Positions 43,642 to 55,200 of a stretch of 64,000 nucleotides of DNA are shown one piece after another; within the stretch, counting starts at the first letter, position 1, and the number at the start of each line of letters is the position of its first letter. The stretch lies in the sequence record MH675927.1. One strand, 5' to 3'. The notes under the pieces were generated by a model. It was not told the origin of the DNA. It worked only from the letters and a program-made list of their open reading frames with translations, and did not search any database. This stretch comes from Escherichia phage vB_vPM_PD114. A program made the position numbers and the translations under genes.

Positions 43642-44107
43642 TTTAACTACAATCAAGGTGTCTGATCTACCTGTAACAACATCTGTTTCAGACACAGATT
43701 ATTTTGTAACAGATCAATCAGGCATCACTAAGAAAACATCATTACGTGTTCTTCTTGCGGGTGCTGGTGTTACACGAAATCGTCTTTCTGCAAGGGGTAC
43801 TGTCACAAATACCCTAGCTTTAGATATTAGCACGGCAGAGTATTTCTCTGCCACTTTATCTAGCCCAACTTGCAGTATTTCATTTAGTAATGTTCCAGTT
43901 ACAACTAACATTGTTCAAAACTTTACTCTATCCCTACGTCAAGGCAGTGGAGCAAATAAAGTAACGTGGCCTCAATCTGTTAAATGGAGTTTTGGTCGCG
44001 CTCCTGTTTTGAGTTATAAACAGGGAGCTACAGATATTTTTGAATTTGTTAGTTATGATAATGGAGCTACCTGGATAGGTAGTTTAGTGATGGCAGGAGT
44101 GATTTAA
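43634..44107 (+). CDS. tail protein with fibre-type N-terminal motif (putative)
   Basis: N-terminal LP...DY.VTDQ motif shared with the 49160 fibre; overlaps neighbours. Confidence 0.35.
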   Translation: MADLTTIKVSDLPVTTSVSDTDYFVTDQSGITKKTSLRVLLAGAGVTRNRLSARGTVTNTLALDISTAEYFSATLSSPTCSISFSNVPVTTNIVQNFTLSLRQGSGANKVTWPQSVKWSFGRAPVLSYKQGATDIFEFVSYDNGATWIGSLVMAGVI

Positions 44108-46983
44108 TGTCAAGAATTAAGCACAGAATTGACAATGTTTTTCAACTGATCGATGGACATATTCAGTTCTTAGATCGTAATACAGGTTTAACTGTAGATC
44201 CTACAGTGCAACACTATGTATTAAACCCACAAAACGTTCTAGCTAATAACAGACACTTTATAAACTGGACTGCTCAAGAAGGGCAACCAAACGGGGATGC
44301 TACAACAGAAGGTCAATCCGTGCTTATTCTTGGTTGCGCTTATGCATACCTGGCTTCCGGCGATACAAAGTATTTAGACTCTGCTAAAAAATATTGGCAA
44401 GCCTATATAGATTACTTCTTTGGTGGTCAACCTATCCCAGATCCGCCAGCAAAATATCGCCCTAACTGGATTATTAACGGTAAAGAACCACGTCTTGCAC
44501 ACTATCCTCTTACAGATGATGGCTACCCTACACACGGAGGTTTTAAGGGTAGCTTAATGACGTGGACTAACGGTAGAACAGTTATTCCTCATGGTGCTCC
44601 TCATTGGGGAGAATACCTTGACAAAGCATGGTTTGCTTTTAATGGTAATCTAGGATGGAACTCTGTAAACGCTACAGTATATGCTGTTAATGCAGATGGT
44701 ACAACAGATTGGTCTAAGAATGGAGATCAATGGGATGTTGATTGGATCATTGATCGTCTAGGACGTAAAGTTGATTGGGATGGAAATATCTTAGAAGAAG
44801 GTTTTCCAACATCTCAATACGGAACAGTTCAACTAAAAAATACTTCTGTAAACGGTACATATAAATTTAACTACGCGACTTGTAACCCTGTTGAACACGG
44901 TGGTTATTTAATGGAGCGTAACACTATGTGGCATAACAGACCAGTTAACGTTCCGGTAGAAATGGGCTTTCAGGATAATGCGTCAGATGCTGAAACTTGG
45001 TGGTGTGATGCTAATTACCTGATGTACCAAATTACAGGAGAAAGAAAATATTGGCTATGCTGGCAGTCTTCACTGTTAGTGTGTCAAGATTACTCAAACA
45101 TTGATATGTTTGATAAATTCTTCCGTAAGTCTACATATGCAACTATCCCGTTTACAGATGGCATCTCTTACGATTATTCGTATCCATCTACAGCAATACC
45201 TAAATATTCAAGAGATACTTTAGGTTATATTGTTATTAGACAAGATGTTGCTGCTCAAACAACATTAGAACAGCAAGCCATTTGGTTTAAAGTTGATCAG
45301 AACTCTAAGTTACGAGTTCAGTTCCAAGGTGTAGATGACGTAGGACATGGTATCCTTTTCCGTCCAGAATTGGAGCTAAGTAAGACCAAAGATGAAAATA
45401 ACACAGTAACTTACCGTTGTGGTTTACCACTAGGTACAGCTAATATGACAAGCATGGATATTCCATTATCCAGCTTTATGAGAAGTACCCCTCCGAATGG
45501 TGGAACATATATTATCGCAGACCCGCGAATTATTGTTGACTGGGGTGACAATACTGTGGTACAATATAAGTATGTAACAGGTATTGCTGGAACTAATAAT
45601 GACCAGATTGTTACTGCATCAATGGATACGGATGGTGGTGTTACTGTTGGTTTTTGGTTAACTCCTACATCAAAAGCTAATGTTAAGTCTATCACATATA
45701 GAACATATGAAGATGACTTTAACATGACTATCACGGATGCTCAAGGTTGGAGATGGTGGGCTATGCTGCCTAAAACGCAAGGGGCATGGAGTACGAAGAC
45801 TTTATCAGCCTCTGCTTTTAAGTTAAGTGCTTACCAGCCTAATCATCCAGAAACAGATCCTAAACCTTCAGCAATAAATCTTACTGCGGTAGATCAGGTA
45901 AATTTAGTTCTGGATACGGCTCCTGTCAATGGTTTAACAGGAACAATAGATTTCTATTGTATTAACGATGTACCTGAAAGATATTCATCATCTTCTGGTG
46001 ATGATTATACCATGTACTTCCGTATCACTGTACAGGCTTCAAGTTCTCATACTGCTAAGTTAGGTGATTGTACTATTATTGACTATAAGTTAAATAGTCT
46101 TAATTACACACCAGGAATAATTCCATTCTCTAATATCAGTGACCCAAACACTGCATTATACGATGGATGGCGTGGTATTCCATACCCAGGATACCAGTAT
46201 CCTTCCTTATACTGTTTCGCAGGTAGGGATATTGATTGGACACGTTTAAACAACAGTATTGATTTCTTGTATGATGCTCAAATGTGGTTTTATAACACGT
46301 TTGATCCTGTGATGCCTGGGCCTATGGCACAAGCATATGTGTGGGATCGTTGGGATGCAAGAAAATACGGTGAACCTAATACGTTTACAATGAAACACTG
46401 GAATGAAAAAGCGTGGGATGGTTATGAAGCTCGTGCATTCTACTGTGCTTGTCATGCTGTATACGAACTTGTACAAAGAGGAGAAACACCTCCTGAAAAA
46501 CTAGTAACTGTTTGTAAAAATTGGATCAACTACCTTAAATGGTTCCAAGACAATAATGATGGAAGAACACCAACTATCTTTAACCCAGATGGTACAGTTC
46601 TTGCACCTATAGATGACTTTACTAGTCATATGTCTGCACTGTTTATGGCGGGTTGTTCAATCATGGGTTTGGCAGGTTATGATTCACAAATTCCAAACAT
46701 TGGTATTGTAGCAGACAGATGTTTTGATCTGATTCAGCAAAACTATATTGTGCTTTCCCCTAACCATCCGATGAATGGTTCCTGGAGTGTTGCACCACGC
46801 CCAGATTCAGATAACGGAATGTTCTTTGGTTTCCATGCTGGAGAACTATTACGTGGTTTTGGTTTATATGCCTTGTATCGTAAACTAAACCCTCAAAACG
46901 CTTTACCAATTTTGGATAATAGTAACATACCAACACTAACTGTTCTAACTATGAATGATATTAGTGTTGATGTAACCAAATAA
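44107..46983 (+). CDS. large baseplate/tail structural protein (958 aa)
   Basis: ORF track; start overlaps previous stop (TAATG). Confidence 0.4.
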   Translation: MSRIKHRIDNVFQLIDGHIQFLDRNTGLTVDPTVQHYVLNPQNVLANNRHFINWTAQEGQPNGDATTEGQSVLILGCAYAYLASGDTKYLDSAKKYWQAYIDYFFGGQPIPDPPAKYRPNWIINGKEPRLAHYPLTDDGYPTHGGFKGSLMTWTNGRTVIPHGAPHWGEYLDKAWFAFNGNLGWNSVNATVYAVNADGTTDWSKNGDQWDVDWIIDRLGRKVDWDGNILEEGFPTSQYGTVQLKNTSVNGTYKFNYATCNPVEHGGYLMERNTMWHNRPVNVPVEMGFQDNASDAETWWCDANYLMYQITGERKYWLCWQSSLLVCQDYSNIDMFDKFFRKSTYATIPFTDGISYDYSYPSTAIPKYSRDTLGYIVIRQDVAAQTTLEQQAIWFKVDQNSKLRVQFQGVDDVGHGILFRPELELSKTKDENNTVTYRCGLPLGTANMTSMDIPLSSFMRSTPPNGGTYIIADPRIIVDWGDNTVVQYKYVTGIAGTNNDQIVTASMDTDGGVTVGFWLTPTSKANVKSITYRTYEDDFNMTITDAQGWRWWAMLPKTQGAWSTKTLSASAFKLSAYQPNHPETDPKPSAINLTAVDQVNLVLDTAPVNGLTGTIDFYCINDVPERYSSSSGDDYTMYFRITVQASSSHTAKLGDCTIIDYKLNSLNYTPGIIPFSNISDPNTALYDGWRGIPYPGYQYPSLYCFAGRDIDWTRLNNSIDFLYDAQMWFYNTFDPVMPGPMAQAYVWDRWDARKYGEPNTFTMKHWNEKAWDGYEARAFYCACHAVYELVQRGETPPEKLVTVCKNWINYLKWFQDNNDGRTPTIFNPDGTVLAPIDDFTSHMSALFMAGCSIMGLAGYDSQIPNIGIVADRCFDLIQQNYIVLSPNHPMNGSWSVAPRPDSDNGMFFGFHAGELLRGFGLYALYRKLNPQNALPILDNSNIPTLTVLTMNDISVDVTK

Positions 46984-46991
46984 GGAAAATA

Positions 46992-49151
46992 ATGAAACAG
47001 GCTATTTTTACTGTAACTCGAAATACGAGAGTAAATGCCAGTTCATTCAGCTATAAGACCGTCGATGGAACGGCGGTCGCTGGTAGAGATTATGTAGCTA
47101 AACAGGGAACAGTAACGTTCCCTTCTGATGCAGATTCTGCTACTGTAGTGGTTGATGTATATGAACGTCCGGCAAACTCTTTAGATCTTTATTTTACTCT
47201 TGAGATTACTAGCATAAGTCAAAATAACATGATGATCAATGAAGAAATTCGTTGTGTTATTACGACTAATCAATCGAATACAACCCCGCTAACTTGGCCT
47301 GTTGTGAAGTCTAGAATGTTTGATCCTAAGTTTTGGACAATAGATTCTCAAGCAACAGAAAGTTGTTCTATTATCTCTAATGGTGATTCTTTCACAGCAA
47401 GAATGGTTAATAGGACAGTGGCTGGTCTTGCTGGGATTATTTGGTCAACTTACGATAAATATGATCACAAAGGATTAGGCTACCAAGAACATTCTGACTT
47501 AAGTAAAGAGAAACTTTGGTTTAAAATGGAACTTAGTCAAGGTGTTCCTGGATTAAAAGAAGAAAAATTATTGCCATCCTTAACAGTGACACTGAAGGAT
47601 GAAACAGTTCATTATGTATCTCTAAACTTTTATGCAGAAGAAGTTTCAGAGGATGGTAAAACAGCAACAATCAAATTAGATTTCTCAAATTTAAAATCTG
47701 GGCCAGAAAATAATATTGTTGTTGACACTACACAGGTAGATAATATGTTCTTCTCCTTGATCTCCACAAGGTATCAAGAAATTGAAGATATTATTCCTGT
47801 AGAGAATGAGGATCTTTCCTTTAAGTTTACCATACTGGAACCTGATACGGGTTATAGTATGATGAATATGGGTAATTTAAATGTTCCAGCACACACCATA
47901 AGAATGTGTACATCTTATGATGATATGTATAACCTTACCCCAGAGCGAGTTATTTCTAACACCTACAGATTAGGTTATAGGGATATGATTAACCACTATA
48001 ATGGTATGTCACACTATTATCAATTTAGTTGGGACGCTGGCTCTAATAAATGGGCTTTGAACAGAACAGAATATTTAAACCCAGCAACAGAAGCCTGGTT
48101 TGATAACTTCCACGCTAATGCAAAAGCTATGGGCTACACAGTAATGAACTCCTTAAGTTTTGAACTTATGAGTACAGTGTGTCCTGTAGAATGGGTACAA
48201 CATACTTGGAATGATGATCTGGCTGCTACAGGTTATGAGCCACCAAGTTATGTTTTATCTCCTTCAATTGACGAAGGGATGAATTATTTACAAGGTGTAA
48301 TAAATAAGATAGCTTCTATATCCGCTGCTAATGATCTTCCGGTTATTATTCAGGTTGGTGAACCGTGGTGGTGGTATAACACAGCTACCAATGTACCGTG
48401 TATTTATGATTATACAACCAAAGTTGCATTTAATAATGAAACTGGATTATATGCACAAGATGTTGGTACAGTTAAAAATTATAAAACTGGTACACCATAT
48501 GATGAATATTATGCATTCCTATCTAAAACATTAGGACTGCGTGTTGCTAAATTTGCAACAGATACCAGATTAGCATACCCTGGAGCGAAAGTTACATTGT
48601 TACCATTTGTACCATCCATCTTAGGTAATGGTATGATGGAGTTTGTTAACTTCCCTAAAGATTATTATATCCCAGAAAACTTTGACTTTTATTGTTCAGA
48701 ATGTTATGACTGGTTGTTGGAAGGTAAAATGGAAAGATCTTTCGACGCTATCACAATACCTAATGAGCAACTAGGTTTTAGTTACGATAAGATACATTAT
48801 CTTGCAGGGTTTGTTCCAGATGCAACTCTAGCACCATTATATGGCTTTGATCCTGAATCAAACTATAGAACATATTTGTGGAAAATGATTATAGGCAATA
48901 TTGTATTGAATGACCAGAAGTTTGTTGGTTTATATCAATACATATGGGCTTACCCACAAATAATGCATGATTCAATAACTGTTCTTAATTCAAAATCCCA
49001 AGTGTTTTATATGGGTAATGTGCCTTTGAATTGCTACTTGCAAGATATCACTCTTAAACAGGTAAATGTTGAGATTGCCACTATAAGTGGAATTACATTA
49101 GCCACTAAATCTGGAGAAGATTTAGTAACAACACAAAAATTTTATATATAG
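46992..49151 (+). CDS. baseplate/tail structural protein (719 aa)
   Basis: ORF track. Confidence 0.4.
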   Translation: MKQAIFTVTRNTRVNASSFSYKTVDGTAVAGRDYVAKQGTVTFPSDADSATVVVDVYERPANSLDLYFTLEITSISQNNMMINEEIRCVITTNQSNTTPLTWPVVKSRMFDPKFWTIDSQATESCSIISNGDSFTARMVNRTVAGLAGIIWSTYDKYDHKGLGYQEHSDLSKEKLWFKMELSQGVPGLKEEKLLPSLTVTLKDETVHYVSLNFYAEEVSEDGKTATIKLDFSNLKSGPENNIVVDTTQVDNMFFSLISTRYQEIEDIIPVENEDLSFKFTILEPDTGYSMMNMGNLNVPAHTIRMCTSYDDMYNLTPERVISNTYRLGYRDMINHYNGMSHYYQFSWDAGSNKWALNRTEYLNPATEAWFDNFHANAKAMGYTVMNSLSFELMSTVCPVEWVQHTWNDDLAATGYEPPSYVLSPSIDEGMNYLQGVINKIASISAANDLPVIIQVGEPWWWYNTATNVPCIYDYTTKVAFNNETGLYAQDVGTVKNYKTGTPYDEYYAFLSKTLGLRVAKFATDTRLAYPGAKVTLLPFVPSILGNGMMEFVNFPKDYYIPENFDFYCSECYDWLLEGKMERSFDAITIPNEQLGFSYDKIHYLAGFVPDATLAPLYGFDPESNYRTYLWKMIIGNIVLNDQKFVGLYQYIWAYPQIMHDSITVLNSKSQVFYMGNVPLNCYLQDITLKQVNVEIATISGITLATKSGEDLVTTQKFYI

Positions 49152-49159
49152 GAGTAAAA

Positions 49160-51277
49160 ATGTCAACTACAATTACTAATTTACCCGAAACATCAAAAGT
49201 TAATGGTTCTGATTACCTGGTTTTAGACCAACCTGATAAGACTGTTAAAAGCACAGTTTCCAACTTTCTTGCTGACACTGGGGTGGTTTTAGCCACCCAG
49301 TTGAAAGATACAGATGGAGCAGATTTAATACAATCCTCAAATGGTAATACTGTTCAGGAAGAGTTGAATAACAATCTTCTTAATGATCGTGAACAGTGGC
49401 GTCGTAGTCTTGCTGAAGCGGGGTTAACACTTGTTGATGGTAGCTTTGAGGATGGTGCTACATTAAATAATAATACTGATGCTGTTTGGTATATTGCAGG
49501 TGGACAGTGCTATACATGGGGTGGTGCTTTCCCTAAAGCTGTTCCCGCTGACTCAACCCCTACATCAACCGGTGGTGTTGGTCCTAGTGCGTGGGCTAGT
49601 GTTGGTGATGCCACCCTGAGGGGTGATTTAAATAAAACAAATGGCTTGTCTTATATAGGAACTGCATCATCAGTTTCTGAGTTATCATCAATATCAGGAT
49701 CAATTGGTGATTCCATAATACTTGATTCGTATGTGAGCGGTTTTAACTTTGGTGGTGGTATTATGGTAGCTGTTAGCGCGGATACAGCTATAGACAATAT
49801 TGTTACCTTCCCCGGAAACGGTGTGGTATGGAAAAGAAAATTCTTCAATGGTTCCGTGGATGTGTATGATGCTGGTTATACTGGAACCGAAGATTTGGCG
49901 GTATTCATCAACACAATAAACGCTGCCGGGTTTGACTGTGTAGTCCCTGTTTCAGGAGAGATAACAACACCAATTATTTTCGACATAGCAAAAGGCGCAC
50001 TTATTGGAAAAAATAAATGTACTTTAACAGAATCTTCATCTGTAACCGGTGACTACTACCTAACCATCATTAATACAGGCGCTGATTACACTAACAGAGA
50101 TGCAATTAACGCAACTTCTTTGATTAGTGGTGTGTCATTCGTCGGGAAAGGTTCCAGGAAATTGGCTATCGGTGGTTCTACCAGTGGTGAAGTATCAGAG
50201 TTAAGAATCTCTAATAGTGGGTTTATCTCAACTGCCGGGATTGAGTTTCTTGATAATGCATATCGTATTCTTTTTGATAAATGTGCGTTGTCCAGAAGTT
50301 TTACAAATTCTGTTATTTTCAATTCACCAGCAAATTCCGGTGAAGTTATAAGATTTAATCATTGTTGGATGGTTGACAACGGTGGACCTTTCACATTTGT
50401 TAATGGTCAATTTATATTCGATGGCTGCTCTCTGCCAGCAGGTAAAAAATCAGGATATTTTGACCCTGCTGTTGCGCTATCTGATAACGCAACAGTGGTT
50501 TTCACAAACGGTAACATTGAGTACCAACCTGGTCAGAGTTTCGTTGGGTTTACTGTGGAGGGCAGTTCACGATTAACCGTCAGTAATTCGACGATACTAC
50601 TCCCAGACGGGTATACCAGTGTACCTATTGTTAGCAACGGCGATGGGGTTGTTAGCCTAAATAATTGCTCGTTATCCCTCTATGGGAATACAACGATTGC
50701 TACTGGATTTCCCACAAGACAGTTGATAGGTGGCGCGAGCAAAAAAGTAATGTCCAGAGGGTGCTATCCACGGGCAGGATTTATCACAAGTAACTGGAAT
50801 TTAGGGAGCATTGTAAGCCCTTATATTAATAGCATCAGTAATGGCTCAGGACAGTTTTTAAACACATCTAACTGGACACTATCGCAAACTGGAACAGGAG
50901 TTGTCACTGCTACTACAGCAAACGATGTTCCTAATGATTTAATGTTTTCAACTTCTTTTGTTTTATCTGTACCATCAGCTGAGGCAGCAGCTAATTTCAC
51001 CCAAACAATCATTGATTGTGAGCCTGGTCGTTATTTTCAGCTTGGTTTTTGGGCTAAAAATCTAACAACAACCCTGGCGTCAATTAGATTCCTGGACCAG
51101 CAAGGAAATGCTGTTGCGGATTCCATAGGGTATAACATCCCAGTAGGCGACACATTCAATTTTTATGCTTTAGTGGATTCAGTCCCTCAAGGAGCATACA
51201 AGGCTGAGGTGAATTTTAATGTTGGGAACTCGATTGGCAGTTTAACAATACACAATGTAGTGTATGGTTTAATATAA
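49160..51277 (+). CDS. tail fibre / tail spike protein (putative)
   Basis: N-terminal fibre-anchor-like motif; shares YTWGG..PKAVPADSTPTSTGG module with the 58558 ORF. Confidence 0.45.
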   Translation: MSTTITNLPETSKVNGSDYLVLDQPDKTVKSTVSNFLADTGVVLATQLKDTDGADLIQSSNGNTVQEELNNNLLNDREQWRRSLAEAGLTLVDGSFEDGATLNNNTDAVWYIAGGQCYTWGGAFPKAVPADSTPTSTGGVGPSAWASVGDATLRGDLNKTNGLSYIGTASSVSELSSISGSIGDSIILDSYVSGFNFGGGIMVAVSADTAIDNIVTFPGNGVVWKRKFFNGSVDVYDAGYTGTEDLAVFINTINAAGFDCVVPVSGEITTPIIFDIAKGALIGKNKCTLTESSSVTGDYYLTIINTGADYTNRDAINATSLISGVSFVGKGSRKLAIGGSTSGEVSELRISNSGFISTAGIEFLDNAYRILFDKCALSRSFTNSVIFNSPANSGEVIRFNHCWMVDNGGPFTFVNGQFIFDGCSLPAGKKSGYFDPAVALSDNATVVFTNGNIEYQPGQSFVGFTVEGSSRLTVSNSTILLPDGYTSVPIVSNGDGVVSLNNCSLSLYGNTTIATGFPTRQLIGGASKKVMSRGCYPRAGFITSNWNLGSIVSPYINSISNGSGQFLNTSNWTLSQTGTGVVTATTANDVPNDLMFSTSFVLSVPSAEAAANFTQTIIDCEPGRYFQLGFWAKNLTTTLASIRFLDQQGNAVADSIGYNIPVGDTFNFYALVDSVPQGAYKAEVNFNVGNSIGSLTIHNVVYGLI

Positions 51278-51524
51278 AACCCCGCTTCGGCGGGGGAAAT
51301 GAATACTTACTTATTGATGACAAGAGGCCAAAAATGGCATTCCGCACAACCCATACAAACTATGTCCTGCAAGCGCATGTCATCGCCATGTGATAAAATG
51401 ATGAAAACATATCGTAGCAGGGTTAATCTTGTCTTTAGTTACTATCGTACTAACTCAAAGTGTTGTCACTACCACTGCAAGCCCCTCCAAAGAGGGGCTT
51501 ACTTAGAAAAACAAAGAGGTTGTT

Positions 51525-51833
51525 ATGAACGAAATGTTCTCCCAAGGTGGTAAAGGTTCAACCGGAATCTTAACCAATAAACAAGCAGTAGCCCGTCACT
51601 TTGGAGTTAAACAATCTGAGGTTGTTTACTTCTCAGTTGGTGTGGATTTGGGTGGGTATAAGGTTATCTATGATAAGGAGACGCAAAGGGCGTATTCCCT
51701 ACCTGCTGATATTGCCCCAGGTACTACTGCCATTAGTCTTAGTGCTGCTGTACTTGTGCATTCAGCGGGTTCTGTAGACCTTGGGGAATTAGCTGTATAT
51801 CGTGATTTAAAAAGTAATGAGAACGCACCATGA
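51525..51833 (+). CDS. hypothetical protein (102 aa)
   Basis: ORF track. Confidence 0.35.
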   Translation: MNEMFSQGGKGSTGILTNKQAVARHFGVKQSEVVYFSVGVDLGGYKVIYDKETQRAYSLPADIAPGTTAISLSAAVLVHSAGSVDLGELAVYRDLKSNENAP

Positions 51834-52075
51834 GAAAATTTTTAATAGGTATGTTTTGTACATATCCTGATAATAAAGTCAGTTCTACTAAAGTTTGGAA
51901 TGCTATTGGTATGATTGTTATGTCCAGTATGTTTATTTATTTGGGAATTGATAAAGAAATTCCTGAATGGATGGGCTGGGCTTTTGTTTTTATGATCACA
52001 CCATCCAGACTAATGAAGAATTTAATAGATTTACGTTGGGGCAGATCACCTGCCCCTGATAAGGAGGATAATTAA
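51830..52075 (+). CDS. small two-TM membrane protein (holin-like topology; function unproven)
   Basis: Hydrophobic segments VWNAIGMIVMSSMFIYLGI and WMGWAFVFMITP; ATGA overlap with upstream ORF. Confidence 0.3.
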   Translation: MRKFLIGMFCTYPDNKVSSTKVWNAIGMIVMSSMFIYLGIDKEIPEWMGWAFVFMITPSRLMKNLIDLRWGRSPAPDKEDN

Positions 52076-53562
52076 TGGCAGATTATGGTTTAACAGATGC
52101 TGGTTTTGTAATTCCAACGTTTGATGATATTTTAAATAATTATATGACAGCATTGAAAAACACTTTCGGTGCAGATACAGCTACATCTGAAGATACTGTC
52201 TTTGGTCAACTGTTCCGTATTATTGCATACACAGATTACACCCTTTGGGAAGGTATGCAAGGTGTTTACAATACCCAAACCTTAGATGGTGCAGAAGGTA
52301 TTTACCTTGATGAAATCTTCTCTAAAAGAGGTTTTTATCGTAAAGCTGCTTCTGCTGGTAGTGGTCATGCTTATGTTAAATCTAACAATAAGGCAGCTTG
52401 GACTTATGAGCTAAGCACAGATGTTTATTTTAATGCCGATAACGATTTGACATATTATGTCAGTGCACCAACAATGTTGAATGCTAAGATTGGAGCATAC
52501 ACCATTTCTAAAGCAAACGCAACAGCTTCTGGTGAAACTTCTATTACTTTCTACATTCAAAGTGCTATTGATGGTGGTCTTAACAGTAAAACATTAAGTC
52601 CTAGCAATACAAACTTTATTTTAGATCTCACGAATTTCATTAAAGCTAACGTATCAACAACAGATCGTGCTTTAGTATGGAATGATGCTAGTAATGTTTA
52701 TATGGGTTATAATCCAGAAGATAATGTTAACCCAATAGGTCTAGTAACACCAGTGAAATTTTACGCATCTATTGCAATTGGTACAAAATGGAGTGAAATT
52801 CCAGTTACGTGTTCAGACGTTGGTTATAATCCAGTAGGTACAGAAAGTATTACAGGTATTTCTTCAACGTTTACAGGCTTTTTAGATACAGGTAACTTCT
52901 ATCCATTCTCTCCAGGTACGGATGTTGAAACAGATGCAGAATTCCGCTCTCGTTTCAATGATAATATGGATGAAGCTAATGCTGCTACTCGTGCTGCTAT
53001 TGTTAAAGCTCTACTACTGACAGATGGTGTGACAAAGGTTAAGATTTATGATAACCCTACACTACATGATCAGGAACATGCTCCAGCTATGACATTCCAG
53101 ACTATTGTGTATGGTGGTACAGCAGAAGAAGTTGCACAGGTTATTTATAATACTAAGCCTATTAACACCTTAACCTATGGTACAACAGCAATTACTATCA
53201 TAACAGAAGATGGTGGTCAAGAAGTAATTCGTTTTTCTCCTGGGGATAATGCGGAATACTCGCTTAAACTGGTGTATCAAACTGGCAATGGTAGTGTGTT
53301 AAGTACAACAGAAAGGGAAAATATTGTTTCTGCTCTTGCAAACTTACAGGCTTATTTTGAATTAGGGTCAACAGTAACTAACGATCAGATAAAAGGTGTA
53401 ATTTATTCTGCACTTGCGTTCGGACGCTTGACTTCTCTCCGTGTTTATGTTAAACTTAATACTGAGGATGACAGTAAATATAATGAGGGAGATATTACTC
53501 CAGCGTACAATGTTGTACCATCCTTTGACCTTGATAATATTTCCTACGAGTACGGAGTCTAA
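52075..53562 (+). CDS. baseplate/tail structural protein (495 aa)
   Basis: ORF track; TAATG coupling. Confidence 0.35.
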   Translation: MADYGLTDAGFVIPTFDDILNNYMTALKNTFGADTATSEDTVFGQLFRIIAYTDYTLWEGMQGVYNTQTLDGAEGIYLDEIFSKRGFYRKAASAGSGHAYVKSNNKAAWTYELSTDVYFNADNDLTYYVSAPTMLNAKIGAYTISKANATASGETSITFYIQSAIDGGLNSKTLSPSNTNFILDLTNFIKANVSTTDRALVWNDASNVYMGYNPEDNVNPIGLVTPVKFYASIAIGTKWSEIPVTCSDVGYNPVGTESITGISSTFTGFLDTGNFYPFSPGTDVETDAEFRSRFNDNMDEANAATRAAIVKALLLTDGVTKVKIYDNPTLHDQEHAPAMTFQTIVYGGTAEEVAQVIYNTKPINTLTYGTTAITIITEDGGQEVIRFSPGDNAEYSLKLVYQTGNGSVLSTTERENIVSALANLQAYFELGSTVTNDQIKGVIYSALAFGRLTSLRVYVKLNTEDDSKYNEGDITPAYNVVPSFDLDNISYEYGV

Positions 53563-53564
53563 AA

Positions 53565-54194
53565 ATGGCAGTGAGTGTTGACCATGTGACAACGTGGGAT
53601 AGTATCAATGAAGATGTTAAAGACCTACTGATTGAAGATTTTAAATCTTCTCCGAACATTGTCAAACTACTCTATATCATTTCTAGCGAAAAACAAAAGA
53701 TAGATCAGGCAATGATCTATCTTGCCAAACACCGCTTAATCTCTACTGCAACTGGTAAGTATTTAGATCTTATTGGTGAAGAAATGGGAATGGAAAGAAA
53801 TGGTGCTACAGATGAAGAGTATCGTACAATATTAAAAATCAGGGCTTATCGTGTTGCGTCTTCTGGTACGCGAGATGATATCATTGATATGTTCGCTCGT
53901 TTTACAGGAACAGAAAAAGAAACGATTAATACATACGTTGGATTAAATAAAACATTCGACGTATTCTTTTATAATTTGTGTCTACAATCCGATCAGGCAG
54001 TAGCACAGTTACTTAACGTTTTCCCGATCCTAAGTAGTTATCGCTTAGGTGCGAAAGCGGGTTCAGCCTTTGGTTTCACTTCCTATTATGCCACAAATCC
54101 ACCTCATGGTATAGGTGGTTTAGGTTCTCTTTACACAGAGGCTGAAGGAGATGATACAGGGCGAATGACTATGCTGATAGCTCAAATAGAATAA
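53565..54194 (+). CDS. tail structural protein (209 aa)
   Basis: ORF track. Confidence 0.35.
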   Translation: MAVSVDHVTTWDSINEDVKDLLIEDFKSSPNIVKLLYIISSEKQKIDQAMIYLAKHRLISTATGKYLDLIGEEMGMERNGATDEEYRTILKIRAYRVASSGTRDDIIDMFARFTGTEKETINTYVGLNKTFDVFFYNLCLQSDQAVAQLLNVFPILSSYRLGAKAGSAFGFTSYYATNPPHGIGGLGSLYTEAEGDDTGRMTMLIAQIE

Positions 54195-54207
54195 GGAGTT
54201 ACCCTTA

Positions 54208-55191
54208 ATGGCAAAGCCACAATACTACCCTGACTGGGCGACACAAACAGTAACCCTCCCAGGAACGGGAAACACAAACAAGATTAGACCAAAAGAAACC
54301 ATCCGTAATGTCGGTATGGACTTTGGTCAGATTATGACTTGTGAAGAAATGAACTGGATCTTAAACAATATTGGGTCTTGGATTCGCTATATGCAAGATG
54401 AATTCTTCCCAACATTGCCTACGACATATCTTCCTATAGTCGGTACTAAAATTACAATGGCAGGTGATGCTACAGGTGAAGTTACATGGAATGGTAATGC
54501 TGCTGTAACATTATCTATTCAAGTCGTAGATAACAGTCACAATCACTTATCAGCTAACATTACAGACGCAACATCAAGCCAAGTTGTAGGGAATGTCCTT
54601 GTTAAGCGTGATAATGGTGGTGCTATCTATGCAGGTGATATTTACACTTGTGGTACAGGTGCTACAGATCCTGCAACATTATTTTTTAGAAACTATAATG
54701 GACAAACAGTAGGCAATATGTCTTCTGAACCAGGTGCAGGTGATCAACTCTATATTTATAGAATAAATCCATCTACTGGAGGAACATCTTGTGGAGTCCG
54801 TTTGTATGATGCAGGTTATGTTTTAATAGACAATCCTCGTTCTAATTCTGGTCAAGATACTGGCAATGGTAATGCTCTTGTAAGATTAGATTATCTTAAC
54901 TCAAGACTAAACTCATTGCAAAGTACACTGCAAAATAATATTAACAACGTTAATAGCAACTTGCAAGGCCAAATTAATAACATTAACAATAGAGTTTCTT
55001 CTGTTGTGTCTTCTATCCGTCTAGGAGCACGTATCCAAGCTGGTGTGTCCGAGTCTCGTTTCTATGCTGGTCACGTGATCACAGGTTGGGGCTTTGGTGA
55101 TAAGAAAGAACTTCGTGGTGCTTGGTATTGGTCAGCCCCGCTACAATATTATATTAATGGTAGCTGGATAACAGTAACCAACGTTTCATAA
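54208..55191 (+). CDS. tail fibre-like protein (327 aa)
   Basis: N/Q-rich coiled segment LQSTLQNNINNVNSNLQGQINNINNR; ORF track. Confidence 0.35.
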   Translation: MAKPQYYPDWATQTVTLPGTGNTNKIRPKETIRNVGMDFGQIMTCEEMNWILNNIGSWIRYMQDEFFPTLPTTYLPIVGTKITMAGDATGEVTWNGNAAVTLSIQVVDNSHNHLSANITDATSSQVVGNVLVKRDNGGAIYAGDIYTCGTGATDPATLFFRNYNGQTVGNMSSEPGAGDQLYIYRINPSTGGTSCGVRLYDAGYVLIDNPRSNSGQDTGNGNALVRLDYLNSRLNSLQSTLQNNINNVNSNLQGQINNINNRVSSVVSSIRLGARIQAGVSESRFYAGHVITGWGFGDKKELRGAWYWSAPLQYYINGSWITVTNVS

Positions 55192-55200
55192 GGAGAGTCT

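Noticed and set aside
51299-51553. Plus-strand ORF of 84 aa following the fibre gene
   Set aside because: Begins inside the terminator hairpin, Cys/His/Arg-rich odd composition, overlaps the better-supported start of the 51525 ORF; likely non-coding intergenic region (possibly containing a promoter).
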